A DNA stretch of 64,000 nucleotides from Geopsychrobacteraceae bacterium. GTDB lineage: Bacteria; Desulfobacterota; Desulfuromonadia; Desulfuromonadales; Geopsychrobacteraceae. The stretch lies in assembly GCA_963676795.2 (NCBI GenBank), contig CAXXTB010000002.1, forward strand, positions 1,920,001 through 1,984,000. Reading direction: 5' to 3'. The notes beneath the pieces are model-generated. The model was not told where the DNA came from. It did not search any database and worked only from the letters and a program-made list of their open reading frames with translations. Shown here one piece after another: positions 20,893-30,982 of this stretch; within the stretch, counting starts at the first letter, position 1, and each line of letters starts with the position of its first letter. The position numbers were made by a program, and so were the translations under genes.

Positions 20893-22140
20893 TCATGCAC
20901 TTTCGGCGACATCGTAAAGGATAATCGGTTTGACCCCTTTAGTAATCACCTCTTCACTGATAACAACTTCCTTGACCCGATCCTGAGACGGAATGTCATA
21001 CATGAGATCAAGCATGGCATTCTCCATGATCGAACGCAAACCACGCGCCCCGGTCTTACGCTCCAAAGCCTGACGGGCAATCGCAACCAGCGCACCATCG
21101 GTAAACTTCAGATGCACCTTCTCCATATCGAAGAGCCGCTGATACTGTTTGATCAGGGCATTCTTCGGTTCGCGAAGAATCTGAATCAACGCTTCCTCGT
21201 CCAGCTCGGTGAGCGTGGCGATAACCGGCACACGCCCGACGAATTCAGGAATCAGGCCGAACTTCAACAGGTCGGTCGGCTGAATCTGGGAGAAGAGTTC
21301 CCCGAGAGGCACGTCCTTGACTGAACGGACCTCCGCACCAAAGCCCATACGCTTGGAACTGGTCCGCTTATTGATGATCTTTTCCAGACCGGAAAAAGCG
21401 CCACCACAGATGAACAGGATATTGGTGGTATCAACCTTGAGAAATTCCTGCTGCGGATGCTTGCGGCCTCCCTTGGGAGGAACACTCGCGGTCGTGCCTT
21501 CGATAATCTTCAGCAGCGCCTGCTGGACCCCTTCACCGGATACATCCCGGGTGATTGACGGCGACTCAGACTTACGGGCGATCTTATCGACCTCGTCGAT
21601 ATAGATGATCCCCTTCTGCGCTTTTTCAAGGTCGTAATCTGCAGCCTGCAGCAGATTGAGGATGATGTTCTCAACATCCTCACCGACGTAACCGGCCTCG
21701 GTCAGATTGGTTGCATCAGCAATTGTAAAAGGAACATCGAGAACCTTGGCCAGAGTCTGAGCAAGCAGGGTTTTACCGCTACCGGTGGGACCTAGAAGCA
21801 GAATATTACTTTTCTGAATCTCGATATCGTCGTGTTTTTCAGCAAACTCGACACGTTTGTAATGGTTATAGACAGCGACCGAAAGGATCTTCTTCGCACG
21901 TTCCTGGCCGACGACATATTCATCAAGGATGTCCTTGATCTCTACCGGTTTGGGTAACTGCTTCGATTCACCGGTAGCAGACTGATCAAGCCTGGCCTCT
22001 TCATCTATAATGTCATTGCACAGCTCAATGCACTCATCACAGATATAGACAGTTGGCCCGGCTATCAGCTTTTTGACTTCATCCTGCGACTTGCCGCAGA
22101 ACGAGCAGGTCAATTGGCTGTTTTCATCTTTTTGACTCAC
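20893..22140 (-). CDS. clpX: ATP-dependent Clp protease ATPase ClpX
   Basis: CSFCGK...ICDEC zinc finger, [28 protein letters not shown] start at 22140 likely. Confidence 0.97.
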   Translation of the reverse strand: MSQKDENSQLTCSFCGKSQDEVKKLIAGPTVYICDECIELCNDIIDEEARLDQSATGESKQLPKPVEIKDILDEYVVGQERAKKILSVAVYNHYKRVEFAEKHDDIEIQKSNILLLGPTGSGKTLLAQTLAKVLDVPFTIADATNLTEAGYVGEDVENIILNLLQAADYDLEKAQKGIIYIDEVDKIARKSESPSITRDVSGEGVQQALLKIIEGTTASVPPKGGRKHPQQEFLKVDTTNILFICGGAFSGLEKIINKRTSSKRMGFGAEVRSVKDVPLGELFSQIQPTDLLKFGLIPEFVGRVPVIATLTELDEEALIQILREPKNALIKQYQRLFDMEKVHLKFTDGALVAIARQALERKTGARGLRSIMENAMLDLMYDIPSQDRVKEVVISEEVITKGVKPIILYDVAESA

Positions 22141-22165
22141 GTATGACACCCCCGTCAAAACGAAA

Positions 22166-22753
22166 TTATGAAGGTTTTTTCTCTACTATCGAGTCGATAA
22201 TACCATAATTGCGTGCCGTTTCGCTATCCATGAAAAAATCACGCTCTGTATCGGCAGCGATTTTCTCGATGGCCTGGCCGGTATGATGGGCCAGGATACC
22301 GTTTAAGTGTTCACGCAGACGCAGGATTTCCTGAGCGTGAATATTGATATCGGTCGCCTGTCCCTTGAAGCCGCCCAGAGGCTGATGGATCATGATTCTG
22401 GCGTTTGGCAGCGCAAAACGCTTGCCCGGCTCGCCAGCCGTCAGCAGCACAGCGCCCATGCTCGCAGCCTGACCTACACAGATTGTAGAAACCGGCGCCC
22501 TGAGGTACTGCATAGTGTCGTAGATCGCCATCCCGGCAGTCACGACACCCCCGGGAGAATTGATGTACAGGTGGATGTCGCGTTCCGGGTCTTCCGACTC
22601 CAGAAAGAGCATCTGCGCAACAATCAGATTGGCCATATGGTCTTCAATTTCACCACTCAAAAAAATGATACGGTCTTTGAGCAAGCGAGAGTAGATATCA
22701 TAAGAGCGCTCTCCCCTCCCCGTATCTTCTACAACATATGGTACCAGGCTCAT
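22166..22753 (-). CDS. clpP: ATP-dependent Clp protease proteolytic subunit
   Basis: [32 protein letters not shown]. Confidence 0.97.
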   Translation of the reverse strand: MSLVPYVVEDTGRGERSYDIYSRLLKDRIIFLSGEIEDHMANLIVAQMLFLESEDPERDIHLYINSPGGVVTAGMAIYDTMQYLRAPVSTICVGQAASMGAVLLTAGEPGKRFALPNARIMIHQPLGGFKGQATDINIHAQEILRLREHLNGILAHHTGQAIEKIAADTERDFFMDSETARNYGIIDSIVEKKPS

Positions 22754-22754
22754 A

Positions 22755-24089
22755 TCAAGACTCCTTTTCGTCGGTTTCTCCAGCTTCGTCTTCGTCTACC
22801 TGAGGTTCCACTTCGGTAATAACAGCTTGCGCAGTCAGGAAATCGACAGCCTTGTCATGCTCGATCTGTGCCTTCAGGCTATCAAGCGCCTGTTCTGTCT
22901 CGAAATATTTCTTGATCTGCTCAACAGGGGTCTTGCTCTGCTCGGAAAATTCAGCAATCTTTGCTTCGACATCGCTGTCTTCCGCAACGATTTCTTCCTG
23001 CTTGGCAACAGCCTGGAGCAAAAGATCTCCCTTTACCTGTTGCTCAGCCATATCATAATAGCTCTTATTGAAAGTTTCGTCATTCATGCCGAGCATTTCA
23101 AGGGTCATCCCCTGTGCCTTCAGGCGCTGAGCGAAATTGTCTTTCATATAACGTAACTGATTTTCAACCATTCCACCAGGAACCTCGATCGGATTCTTTT
23201 CGATCAGAGCCAGCATCAGTTTCTCCTGAAGTTGGGATTCAATCCGCTGCTCTTCCTGCTTTCTGGCGTTTTCAGCGATCTTGCTCTTAAGCTCGGCCAG
23301 ATCTTCGGCATCGAACTGCTTGGCGAAATCATCGTCAATCTTCGGCGCAACCTTTTCCTTGATCTCCTTGAGCAGAACCTTGAAGACAGCCGGCTTACCA
23401 GCCAGATTCTTGGCACCGTAATTCTCAGGAAAGGTCACCTCGACATCCTTTTCCTGCTCACGCTTCATGCCGACGATCTCATCTTCGAAACCAGGGATAA
23501 AGCTGTTGGAGCCCAGCTCAAGCTGATAATCCTTGGCCGCACCACCTTCGAACAGCTCGCCATCGACGGAGCCTTCGAAATCGATGATGACAGTGTCCTC
23601 TTCACGGGCCTTTTTACGGCTGGTAACTTCAAGCTGGACTCGTGCAGCAGCCATCTGTTCGAGCTGCTTCTCGACAACAGCATCCTCATCGAAGGACAGC
23701 TTTTCCTTCTCTACGGCCAGCCCCTTGTAATCCTTGACCTCAACAACCGGACGAACTTCAACTTCAGCCTCGTAGGTGAAAGACTTGTCCTTCTCGACTA
23801 CGGCAGCTTCGGTAACCTGTGGCTGAGAAACCGGTTCGATCTTCTGATCGATCATCGCCTTGTAAAGAGTATTATTGATCAGAGTGCCGGCAGCATCATA
23901 CTGCGCCTTAGGGCCGTAATGCTGTTCCAGAACCTTTTGAGGCACCTTGCCCTTACGGAAGCCCTTAATATTGACAGACTTGGCAATCTGTTTGAAAGCT
24001 TTTGCCAACTCTGCATTGACAACATCCTCGGAGACTTCAATGACAAGTCTTTTCTTGATTGAGCTTAATTCTTCAACTCTGACATTCAT
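22755..24089 (-). CDS. tig: Trigger factor
   Basis: GFRKGKVP ribosome-binding motif, FKBP domain (FIPGFE...VTFPENY). Confidence 0.96.
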   Translation of the reverse strand: MNVRVEELSSIKKRLVIEVSEDVVNAELAKAFKQIAKSVNIKGFRKGKVPQKVLEQHYGPKAQYDAAGTLINNTLYKAMIDQKIEPVSQPQVTEAAVVEKDKSFTYEAEVEVRPVVEVKDYKGLAVEKEKLSFDEDAVVEKQLEQMAAARVQLEVTSRKKAREEDTVIIDFEGSVDGELFEGGAAKDYQLELGSNSFIPGFEDEIVGMKREQEKDVEVTFPENYGAKNLAGKPAVFKVLLKEIKEKVAPKIDDDFAKQFDAEDLAELKSKIAENARKQEEQRIESQLQEKLMLALIEKNPIEVPGGMVENQLRYMKDNFAQRLKAQGMTLEMLGMNDETFNKSYYDMAEQQVKGDLLLQAVAKQEEIVAEDSDVEAKIAEFSEQSKTPVEQIKKYFETEQALDSLKAQIEHDKAVDFLTAQAVITEVEPQVDEDEAGETDEKES

Positions 24090-24180
24090 GACGATTCCTT
24101 CCTGAGCGGTCCTATTCAACAGTAGAAGCTTTGATTTGAAGCAGGAGACAACAGCGAACTGCAGACTTGGACCAGGCTAC

Positions 24181-24265
<85 letters not shown>

Positions 24266-24378
24266 AATGTTATAAGATATTTGACTATCGATACAAGCCT
24301 ATATAAGCAACAATGCTCACCTTCCAAACCCACCCTGTCGGGCTTCCTGAGCGTGAAAAGTGAGCATGTCATTGTAAA

Positions 24379-24455
24379 TGGGGTGAGTGAAGGGGCTTGA
24401 ACCCTCGACAACTGGAGCCACAATCCAGTGCTCTACCAACTGAGCTACACCCACC
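24379..24455 (-). tRNA. tRNA-His (GTG)
   Basis: Cloverleaf with encoded G-1, anticodon loop TTGTGGC, CCA end. Confidence 0.96.
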
Positions 24456-24506
24456 AGAAAAGTCCGCACAAGGTACGGAAGAGCCGATTCTTTGTCAACC
24501 AAAAAA

Positions 24507-24583
<77 letters not shown>

Positions 24584-24722
24584 TTACACCCCGCATTTCC
24601 TTGGATCAGCGGTCCTGCTCGACGGCAAGGTGCGTTTTTCTAGCATGCAGTAAAAAGTTTTGCAATAAAAATTTCATCGTTAAATCAGGTTCTCAAACGC
24701 AGCAAAAAAACTGTCGTTATTC

Positions 24723-25418
24723 CTAGAGATTATCCATATTCGGGTCTTCGGCAAAGGGATCAAAAGGCAATGGCTGACTCTCTGCGGCGGAATCAATCAC
24801 AGCTTCAGGGAGAGGATCATCGGCAAAAGGATCGACCACCCCGCCCTGCCCTGTTCCGGCAATACTCAGAGTTCGCTGTAAAAGATCAAACTCGATACCA
24901 AAGCCCGGATCACCCTGAAAGGGATCCGTTCTCAGACCTCCAGCCGTGGAGACATCGATATCTGGATCATCAGCAAAGACATCCCTGCGTCTAGCTGCCG
25001 GAGAGTCAGCACGCAGCTTGATGATATCAGCCAGAGAATGCGCTCCGTGCGCGTGGTCGACCAGATCGAAGGTGTAAACAAGATCGCCAATCAAAGACCG
25101 GGGAATCGGCAATGACTCGCGGTAAAGCACAGAGAGCTGCTGGAGCCAGTCACAGGCCAGTTCAATGACTTCAATTTCAAGTTTTTCAGGCATGGTCCCG
25201 TCATGCTGATGGCGGACAAGCAGCTCATCAAGCTTCCGGCCCACCTGACGAAAAGCATCATCCTCCGCATCCACAGAAAGCTCAACGATGCGACCAGCGG
25301 CAATCATAGCCTCATGCAAACCTGAGTCATCCCTACGCAGCGCCACCCCTGCCTTCACGGTCTCGGCCAGCGCCCTTAACTGGCTGGCAAAAGAACCACG
25401 TCCTACTTCCGAGTCCAT
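24723..25418 (-). CDS. Hypothetical protein: HPt/CheA-P1-like helical bundle plus acidic tail with D(P/V)FxxDP repeats
   Basis: AAGGAG RBS before ATG 25418; FRQVGRKLDELL...IELACDWLQQL pattern; DVFADDP, DPFQGDP, DPFADDP, DPFAEDP. Confidence 0.6.
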   Translation of the reverse strand: MDSEVGRGSFASQLRALAETVKAGVALRRDDSGLHEAMIAAGRIVELSVDAEDDAFRQVGRKLDELLVRHQHDGTMPEKLEIEVIELACDWLQQLSVLYRESLPIPRSLIGDLVYTFDLVDHAHGAHSLADIIKLRADSPAARRRDVFADDPDIDVSTAGGLRTDPFQGDPGFGIEFDLLQRTLSIAGTGQGGVVDPFADDPLPEAVIDSAAESQPLPFDPFAEDPNMDNL

Positions 25419-25488
25419 TCGATTCTCCTTAAGCGGATACATTTCATTTCCATTACAGAAAGATAGCATAAAACACATGAAACAGGAC

Positions 25489-26265
25489 TTATTTCAAGAC
25501 AAATTCAAAAGGAACGAGAACATGCCCCTCGACTGCCACACCATTTACCCTGGCCGGGGTAAAGGTCCATGATCTGATCGCTTTTTGAGCGGCGCGGTCA
25601 AAAACCCGATATCCGCTCGAAGCATGTAGCGTCAGATCACGAACCTTACCATCTGCACCAACCAGCACGTCAAAACTGACGGTCCCGCTCCAGCCCCGTT
25701 CCAGAGCTCGCTTGGGATAAGCGGGCCTGGGGCAGAAACCATAACGCGGAGCGGCCTCGACAGAGACCGGGTCAGGCCCCGTTTTCGACCGACCGGACCC
25801 AGCCTTGAGCCCGGCAACCTCCGGGGGATCCACATCCTCGATTGCGGACGCGGAACTGTTCTCTGCCGCCACGGCCTGAGCAGAAAGCTCGCTGCCTGTC
25901 TTTTCAGCACAATATTTTTTCGTCTTGGCTGCCGGTGAGTCGACAGATCCCACATCCACGCCCGTTTCGGGAACCGAGGATGGGTTGCTCTCCGCCACAG
26001 GAGCAGGAACTGGCAACGAGGGGCCAACCTGCTGACCAGCAGACTCAGCAGCGCTCACCTTCTCGCTGACAGAAGAGTTCTCTGGCTCAACGGGCGGCAG
26101 ATAGTCCTGACCATCCCCGACGAACAGACGGACAGTCGAACGCTGTTCGCCAGTGCCGCCTTCTGCACTGGTCATTCGGTCAGGATAGAAGAAGAGACCA
26201 TGAACGAGTAAGGAGACAAGTAGGCAGCCCGGCAATAAATAAATATTCATCGGCAACTGTTTCAT
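25489..26265 (-). CDS. TonB family protein
   Basis: TM helix with SLLVH; C-terminal PAYPKRALERGWSGTV...SSGYRVFDRAA...WTFTPA...VPFEFVL. Confidence 0.9.
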   Translation of the reverse strand: MKQLPMNIYLLPGCLLVSLLVHGLFFYPDRMTSAEGGTGEQRSTVRLFVGDGQDYLPPVEPENSSVSEKVSAAESAGQQVGPSLPVPAPVAESNPSSVPETGVDVGSVDSPAAKTKKYCAEKTGSELSAQAVAAENSSASAIEDVDPPEVAGLKAGSGRSKTGPDPVSVEAAPRYGFCPRPAYPKRALERGWSGTVSFDVLVGADGKVRDLTLHASSGYRVFDRAAQKAIRSWTFTPARVNGVAVEGHVLVPFEFVLK

Positions 26266-26270
26266 CTGGT

Positions 26271-28418
26271 TTAAAATTGCGTCGGATCATAAAACTCGAT
26301 TGTCGACTCCAGTTCAACCAGACCATACTTATTACTGATCTGAATACCATAGGTTCCCGGCAACTGTGGTGAAGGCAGCTGCACCGACAGGCTTTTGGTC
26401 GACAGGATCTCTGCCCTTTTGGGGACGACAGCTTCCGGGACAATCATCAACCCTCCGGCATAACGCGTCAGATAAACAACCCCGGAGGTGACCAGAATCT
26501 TCTTCGCCAGGCCAGAGACCTTCAAATGCCCGAGGAGATGGGGGGATCTGGGTGACTCGAGATCCAGGACACTCAGGCCGGCGTTATGATTGACGACATA
26601 GAGCCTGCCACCGTAGACATAGACCCCCTTGCTGACACCCGGCAAAGGAATAGCCGACAGGATCTTCATAATCCTCGGATTAGCCACATCAACGACCAAA
26701 AGACCTGAACGCCCAGTTGCAATATAGGCAACACCATCGTGGACAGCCAGCGCGATTGATACGTCAAACCGGTTCATCGGATAGGGGACCTGCAGCCGGC
26801 CTATTTCAATCAGCCTGTCTTCATGCAGCTGCAAAACAACGACACCCCGCTTCTGGCTGGCAACGAAAAGATATTCGCCATCAACGGCCATATCCATCAC
26901 ATCGAGGTCGCCGACCCTGTCGACAACCCGGGGAGTGTTGATATTGTCAACATCAAGCAGGGATACCCCTGCAACACCTTCCGAAACAACCAGGTACGAA
27001 CCGAGAAAATCGAGCTTCTGAGCGGAGAAATCGTACAACTGACTGACCGAAAGCGGTGAATCGACGTTTGAGACATCGAGAACCTCGATCCCCTCATAAG
27101 GCTGGGCAACAAACAGCAGGTTATCGCGCAGCGCCAGTGAACGGCTGTCAGCAGAACTAATCTGCGCAAATACGCTCTCCGAGTCCTGTCTGGCCAGATT
27201 GCCGACCAGAACCCCACCGATAGAATCAGCAACAATCAGCCGCTCTTTATAGTTCACGAGATCCGTCACCAGACCGCGGGTCAGCAGCGACCGAACCTTG
27301 CGTTTGATATCGACCTTTTCCGTCGCGATAACGGCAAGACCACTGTCCAGACCAGTCAGGTAGAGCTGAGCTGGCCCTTCGGCGACACTGTGCACATCAT
27401 TAAAGAGCAGGGTTCCCTCAACACGCATCTTCCGGGGATCGACAATGGTAATCCCCGAGAAAGAATCGACAACATAGATCTTATCGTTGCCATTGAACAG
27501 CTTCTGGGCAACCCCGACCAGAGAAAGGGCAGTCGACATATGGGGGATCCCGTCAGCATCGATATCATAAATACTCAAACCGTCGGACGTTGCAACAAAC
27601 AATCTGCCATCTTTGATGGATGCGTCAAAAATTCTTTCGCTCAGCCTGATTTCAGCCAAGCGTCGCGGATCCGAAGGAACATCCAGGGAGTAAATGCCGA
27701 TTTCATTCTTACGGGGAGAAACGGCGATCAGATACTTTCCGAAGACACTCAGATCGCTGACAAAAAGCTGAGAGTCAATGGTTCTGGCCAGCTCAACATT
27801 CTTCGGGCTATTGACCGCATAAACCTCAATCCCGTCTTCACCGGCAGCGGCATAAAGATGCCCTTCAGCATAGACCGTTGAGGAAATCGAAGCCTTTGTC
27901 GGCACCTCAACCTCATTGACGAGCAGGCCGTTCTCGCGGATGAGCATGATCGCAATCCCCAGTCGCCCTTGGGAAACATAGAGCCTGCCGTTTGCCTGAT
28001 ATATATTCTCGACGGTGCGTCCCGGAAGATAGGTCTTCAGAAACTGCGGGGAATCGGGGTATTCGATGTCGACAACCTTCAGGCCACTGTGATCGCCGCC
28101 AAGGTAGAGCGTATCCCCGGCAACCAGACTTTCAGGCAGGGCCTCCTCAAAAGGCAATGACGCGATGATTGCCTTATCGTTTGTCAGCTTGCTGATCAGG
28201 CTGACGGTCGTATCCCCGGAAAAGCCTTCACCACTGAAATTCAGGTACATATGCTGCCCAAGCGGCAACATCATGTCCGGAACTTCATCAACACGAAGGT
28301 CGCTTTCTACAAAAAAATTACGGATAATCCAGTGCCCCGCCCAACCGATGGACCACAGTGCAACACACAGGAGTCCGAGAAACAGGGCCAGGATAAAATA
28401 TCTGCGCAGCGGCTTCAT
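26271..28418 (-). CDS. Membrane-anchored LVIVD-repeat beta-propeller protein
   Basis: N-terminal TM; many ~42-aa repeats such as LYLGGDHSGLKVVDIEYPDSP and AYIATGRSGLLVVDVANP. Confidence 0.85.
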   Translation of the reverse strand: MKPLRRYFILALFLGLLCVALWSIGWAGHWIIRNFFVESDLRVDEVPDMMLPLGQHMYLNFSGEGFSGDTTVSLISKLTNDKAIIASLPFEEALPESLVAGDTLYLGGDHSGLKVVDIEYPDSPQFLKTYLPGRTVENIYQANGRLYVSQGRLGIAIMLIRENGLLVNEVEVPTKASISSTVYAEGHLYAAAGEDGIEVYAVNSPKNVELARTIDSQLFVSDLSVFGKYLIAVSPRKNEIGIYSLDVPSDPRRLAEIRLSERIFDASIKDGRLFVATSDGLSIYDIDADGIPHMSTALSLVGVAQKLFNGNDKIYVVDSFSGITIVDPRKMRVEGTLLFNDVHSVAEGPAQLYLTGLDSGLAVIATEKVDIKRKVRSLLTRGLVTDLVNYKERLIVADSIGGVLVGNLARQDSESVFAQISSADSRSLALRDNLLFVAQPYEGIEVLDVSNVDSPLSVSQLYDFSAQKLDFLGSYLVVSEGVAGVSLLDVDNINTPRVVDRVGDLDVMDMAVDGEYLFVASQKRGVVVLQLHEDRLIEIGRLQVPYPMNRFDVSIALAVHDGVAYIATGRSGLLVVDVANPRIMKILSAIPLPGVSKGVYVYGGRLYVVNHNAGLSVLDLESPRSPHLLGHLKVSGLAKKILVTSGVVYLTRYAGGLMIVPEAVVPKRAEILSTKSLSVQLPSPQLPGTYGIQISNKYGLVELESTIEFYDPTQF

Positions 28419-30823
28419 AGAGGTCTCGTCACCTGTCCAGGAACTGTCAGCTGATGTCGTTCAGCAACAACACCGACAATATAGTCGGCAAGATCCGCGG
28501 GTACCGGGCGGATGAAGCAGCTGTCAAACAGGGCCATCTCATCAGCACTCAGCGTCTGGTCGGCGATGCCGATCAGACGGATCGATGTGCCGGATAAAAA
28601 CTCCAGAGCCGGCAGATCCCCCGAAACACGGCCAGAGACATCGACGACGACGCAGAACGTCTGCCCCTTATCCAGAAAAGTCCTGGCCTCGCCAATACTG
28701 TCGACGACAAATACCTGCTCCGGAAACTGTGATTCCAGCGTCAGGCGCAGCAGCTCGCTCTTGGCGACATTCGAGCTGACAATAAGAATCTGACCTGCCC
28801 GGTCTATCTCATCGGCATCAGCCTGACCGGACTCGCATGGCGTAGCTTTCAGCGCGGAGGTTTCAGGACCAGACTGGGTCAAGGTCGTCATCAGACGTCT
28901 CCAGGTCACAGGCAGGTCAAGACGGGAGTCAACGCATGGAAGAGGATCAAGATATTCGGCCATGGCGATAATTCTATACGCGGCATACTCCGGCCGGGAC
29001 GCCAGGGCTTCGTAAAGCAGCGTGCCATCAGAAAAACTCAGTTCGTGCGCAACAATAACCATGCCGAATGGCCGCCCCTCTCGCTGAGCCGTCGAGAGCA
29101 GAGCAAGAACCTCGGCCGCAGACGAGGTTCGGACCAGCTGGAATCCCAAGGCACGCAAACGCCCCAGCAACTGCTCGACGTTGACATGAGACAACTGCCC
29201 GGCACAGATCAACGCTGGCTTGTCAAGCAAGTCCGCCGGCAGGATGAAGGGAACCTGTTCAACGACCGGCAGACGCAGCCGGACCCTGAAGCAACTGCCA
29301 GAACCTGGGGTAGTCTCGACCGAGATCTGGCCATTCATCAGCTCAACCAACTGATTGACGATCGCAAGACCCAAGCCGGCACCGCTCTTCTCCCGCGTAT
29401 TACTGCCATCGATCTGATAGAAAACATCAAAAATCCGCTCTGCATAGGCCTCGTCCATTCCCGGACCAGTATCGACAACCTCGAGAGTAAACTCCCCCAG
29501 CCCGGCAATGATTCGACCAAGCCGCAAACTGACCCTGACGGAACCATGCTCGGTAAATTTGATGGCGTTACCAACCAGGTTCATGACAACCTGCCGCACC
29601 CGCTGGTCATCGGCACGAACCTTCCAGGCCGAGTAAAGCGGTATATCCGCATGGAGAGACAGTCCTTTTCCGGCAGCACGCGGAGCCAGCAGACTGACAA
29701 CATCCTCAATAATCTGAAACAGTTCGACATCAGCGGTTTCGAGCGACAACTGACCCGCCTCGATCCTGGAAAAATCGAGGATATCCTTGATCAGGTGCAA
29801 CAGTTCTTCCCCCGACCTCTGAACGGTAGAGACCAGCATCTTCTGGCGTTCGTCGAGAGCCGTTCTGGCCAGCAGTTCGTTCATGCCAAGCACACCGATC
29901 ATCGGCGTTCTCAGCTCGTGCGTCATGCGCGACAGAAACGCCGACTTCGCCTCATTGGCAGCATCCGCCTGTTTTCTGGCAATCTCAAGTTCGGCAATGG
30001 CCGAACGAAGATCCTGAGTCCGTTCGGCAACAATATGTTCTAGTTCTTCCTGATGGCGGGACAGACTGAGCTGATGAAGTTCGATCTGTTCGAGCATCGC
30101 GTTGAAACCATTGACCAGAGTGCCAATCTCATCCCGGCTGTGACTGATGGCCCGGATTGAATAGAGCCGCTTGCCGGAAACTTCCTTCATCAGACCGGCA
30201 AGCTCAAGCAACGGAGCGGAAATCGGCTTCTGCATCTGCTCCGCCAGTAACCATGAAAAGGCAATAAGCAGCACCAGAGCAAGAAAACCGCCGATCGCGA
30301 TACCGGTAATTCCGCGATAAAGAGCGTGCAGATCACTGAGGATATAGAGAGTACCGACGTGTCGGTTATCATGCATGACAGGCATAAAGATGCTGTAGTG
30401 GGTCCAGCCACTGATCAGGTGTTCCATGGCGCTCTGCGTCAACTCTTCGCGCCGGGTGATGCGAAAATCGTTTTCCAGTGCCGCAATGACAAAGCGCGCA
30501 TCATCCAGCTTGAGATATTCAGCGATCGGCTCCCCCTGGCGGTTGAAAAGATAGGCCGCATGTATATTATTCTGCTGACTGAGTGAACGGAGCATCCGTT
30601 CGGCCTCATCCTGCCTGTCAAGTAACAGGGGGTAACGGGTTGTTGCAACGAGGGAATTAGAGAGAATCCGCATCTCGTGAACCAGGCTGGCACGCGAGGT
30701 GTAGATTTCCGAAATCAGAACGACGCTGCTGATAATCACCAGTACGATGGTACAGGTGACCATGACAACAAAGGAAAGCTTGGTTTTGATCGATAGGTTA
30801 TTGAAAAACTTGCGCCAGGTCAT
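28415..30823 (-). CDS. Hybrid sensor histidine kinase (CHASE8-like periplasmic, HAMP, HisKA, HATPase, two degenerate REC)
   Basis: Two TM helices; FLSRMTHELRTPM H-box, NLVGNAIKFT, DTGPGM, GAGLGLAI. Confidence 0.9.
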   Translation of the reverse strand: MTWRKFFNNLSIKTKLSFVVMVTCTIVLVIISSVVLISEIYTSRASLVHEMRILSNSLVATTRYPLLLDRQDEAERMLRSLSQQNNIHAAYLFNRQGEPIAEYLKLDDARFVIAALENDFRITRREELTQSAMEHLISGWTHYSIFMPVMHDNRHVGTLYILSDLHALYRGITGIAIGGFLALVLLIAFSWLLAEQMQKPISAPLLELAGLMKEVSGKRLYSIRAISHSRDEIGTLVNGFNAMLEQIELHQLSLSRHQEELEHIVAERTQDLRSAIAELEIARKQADAANEAKSAFLSRMTHELRTPMIGVLGMNELLARTALDERQKMLVSTVQRSGEELLHLIKDILDFSRIEAGQLSLETADVELFQIIEDVVSLLAPRAAGKGLSLHADIPLYSAWKVRADDQRVRQVVMNLVGNAIKFTEHGSVRVSLRLGRIIAGLGEFTLEVVDTGPGMDEAYAERIFDVFYQIDGSNTREKSGAGLGLAIVNQLVELMNGQISVETTPGSGSCFRVRLRLPVVEQVPFILPADLLDKPALICAGQLSHVNVEQLLGRLRALGFQLVRTSSAAEVLALLSTAQREGRPFGMVIVAHELSFSDGTLLYEALASRPEYAAYRIIAMAEYLDPLPCVDSRLDLPVTWRRLMTTLTQSGPETSALKATPCESGQADADEIDRAGQILIVSSNVAKSELLRLTLESQFPEQVFVVDSIGEARTFLDKGQTFCVVVDVSGRVSGDLPALEFLSGTSIRLIGIADQTLSADEMALFDSCFIRPVPADLADYIVGVVAERHQLTVPGQVTRPL

Positions 30824-30982
30824 AAACGTTACATATCTGATTTTATGGCGACAAATCAACTGATATCGACCATCCCCTCAGGACCTGCCGACGAAATATC
30901 ATTGGGAAAAGTTGCATTTGCCGTCTTTTTTACATTACAGTAGTCCACTTTGCTGTCGTGATCAGTATCGGAGTATAGAACT

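Noticed and set aside
24584..30859. tRNA-anchored genomic island
   Set aside because: It lies at the tRNA 5' side, with no integrase and no duplicated tRNA 3' end seen
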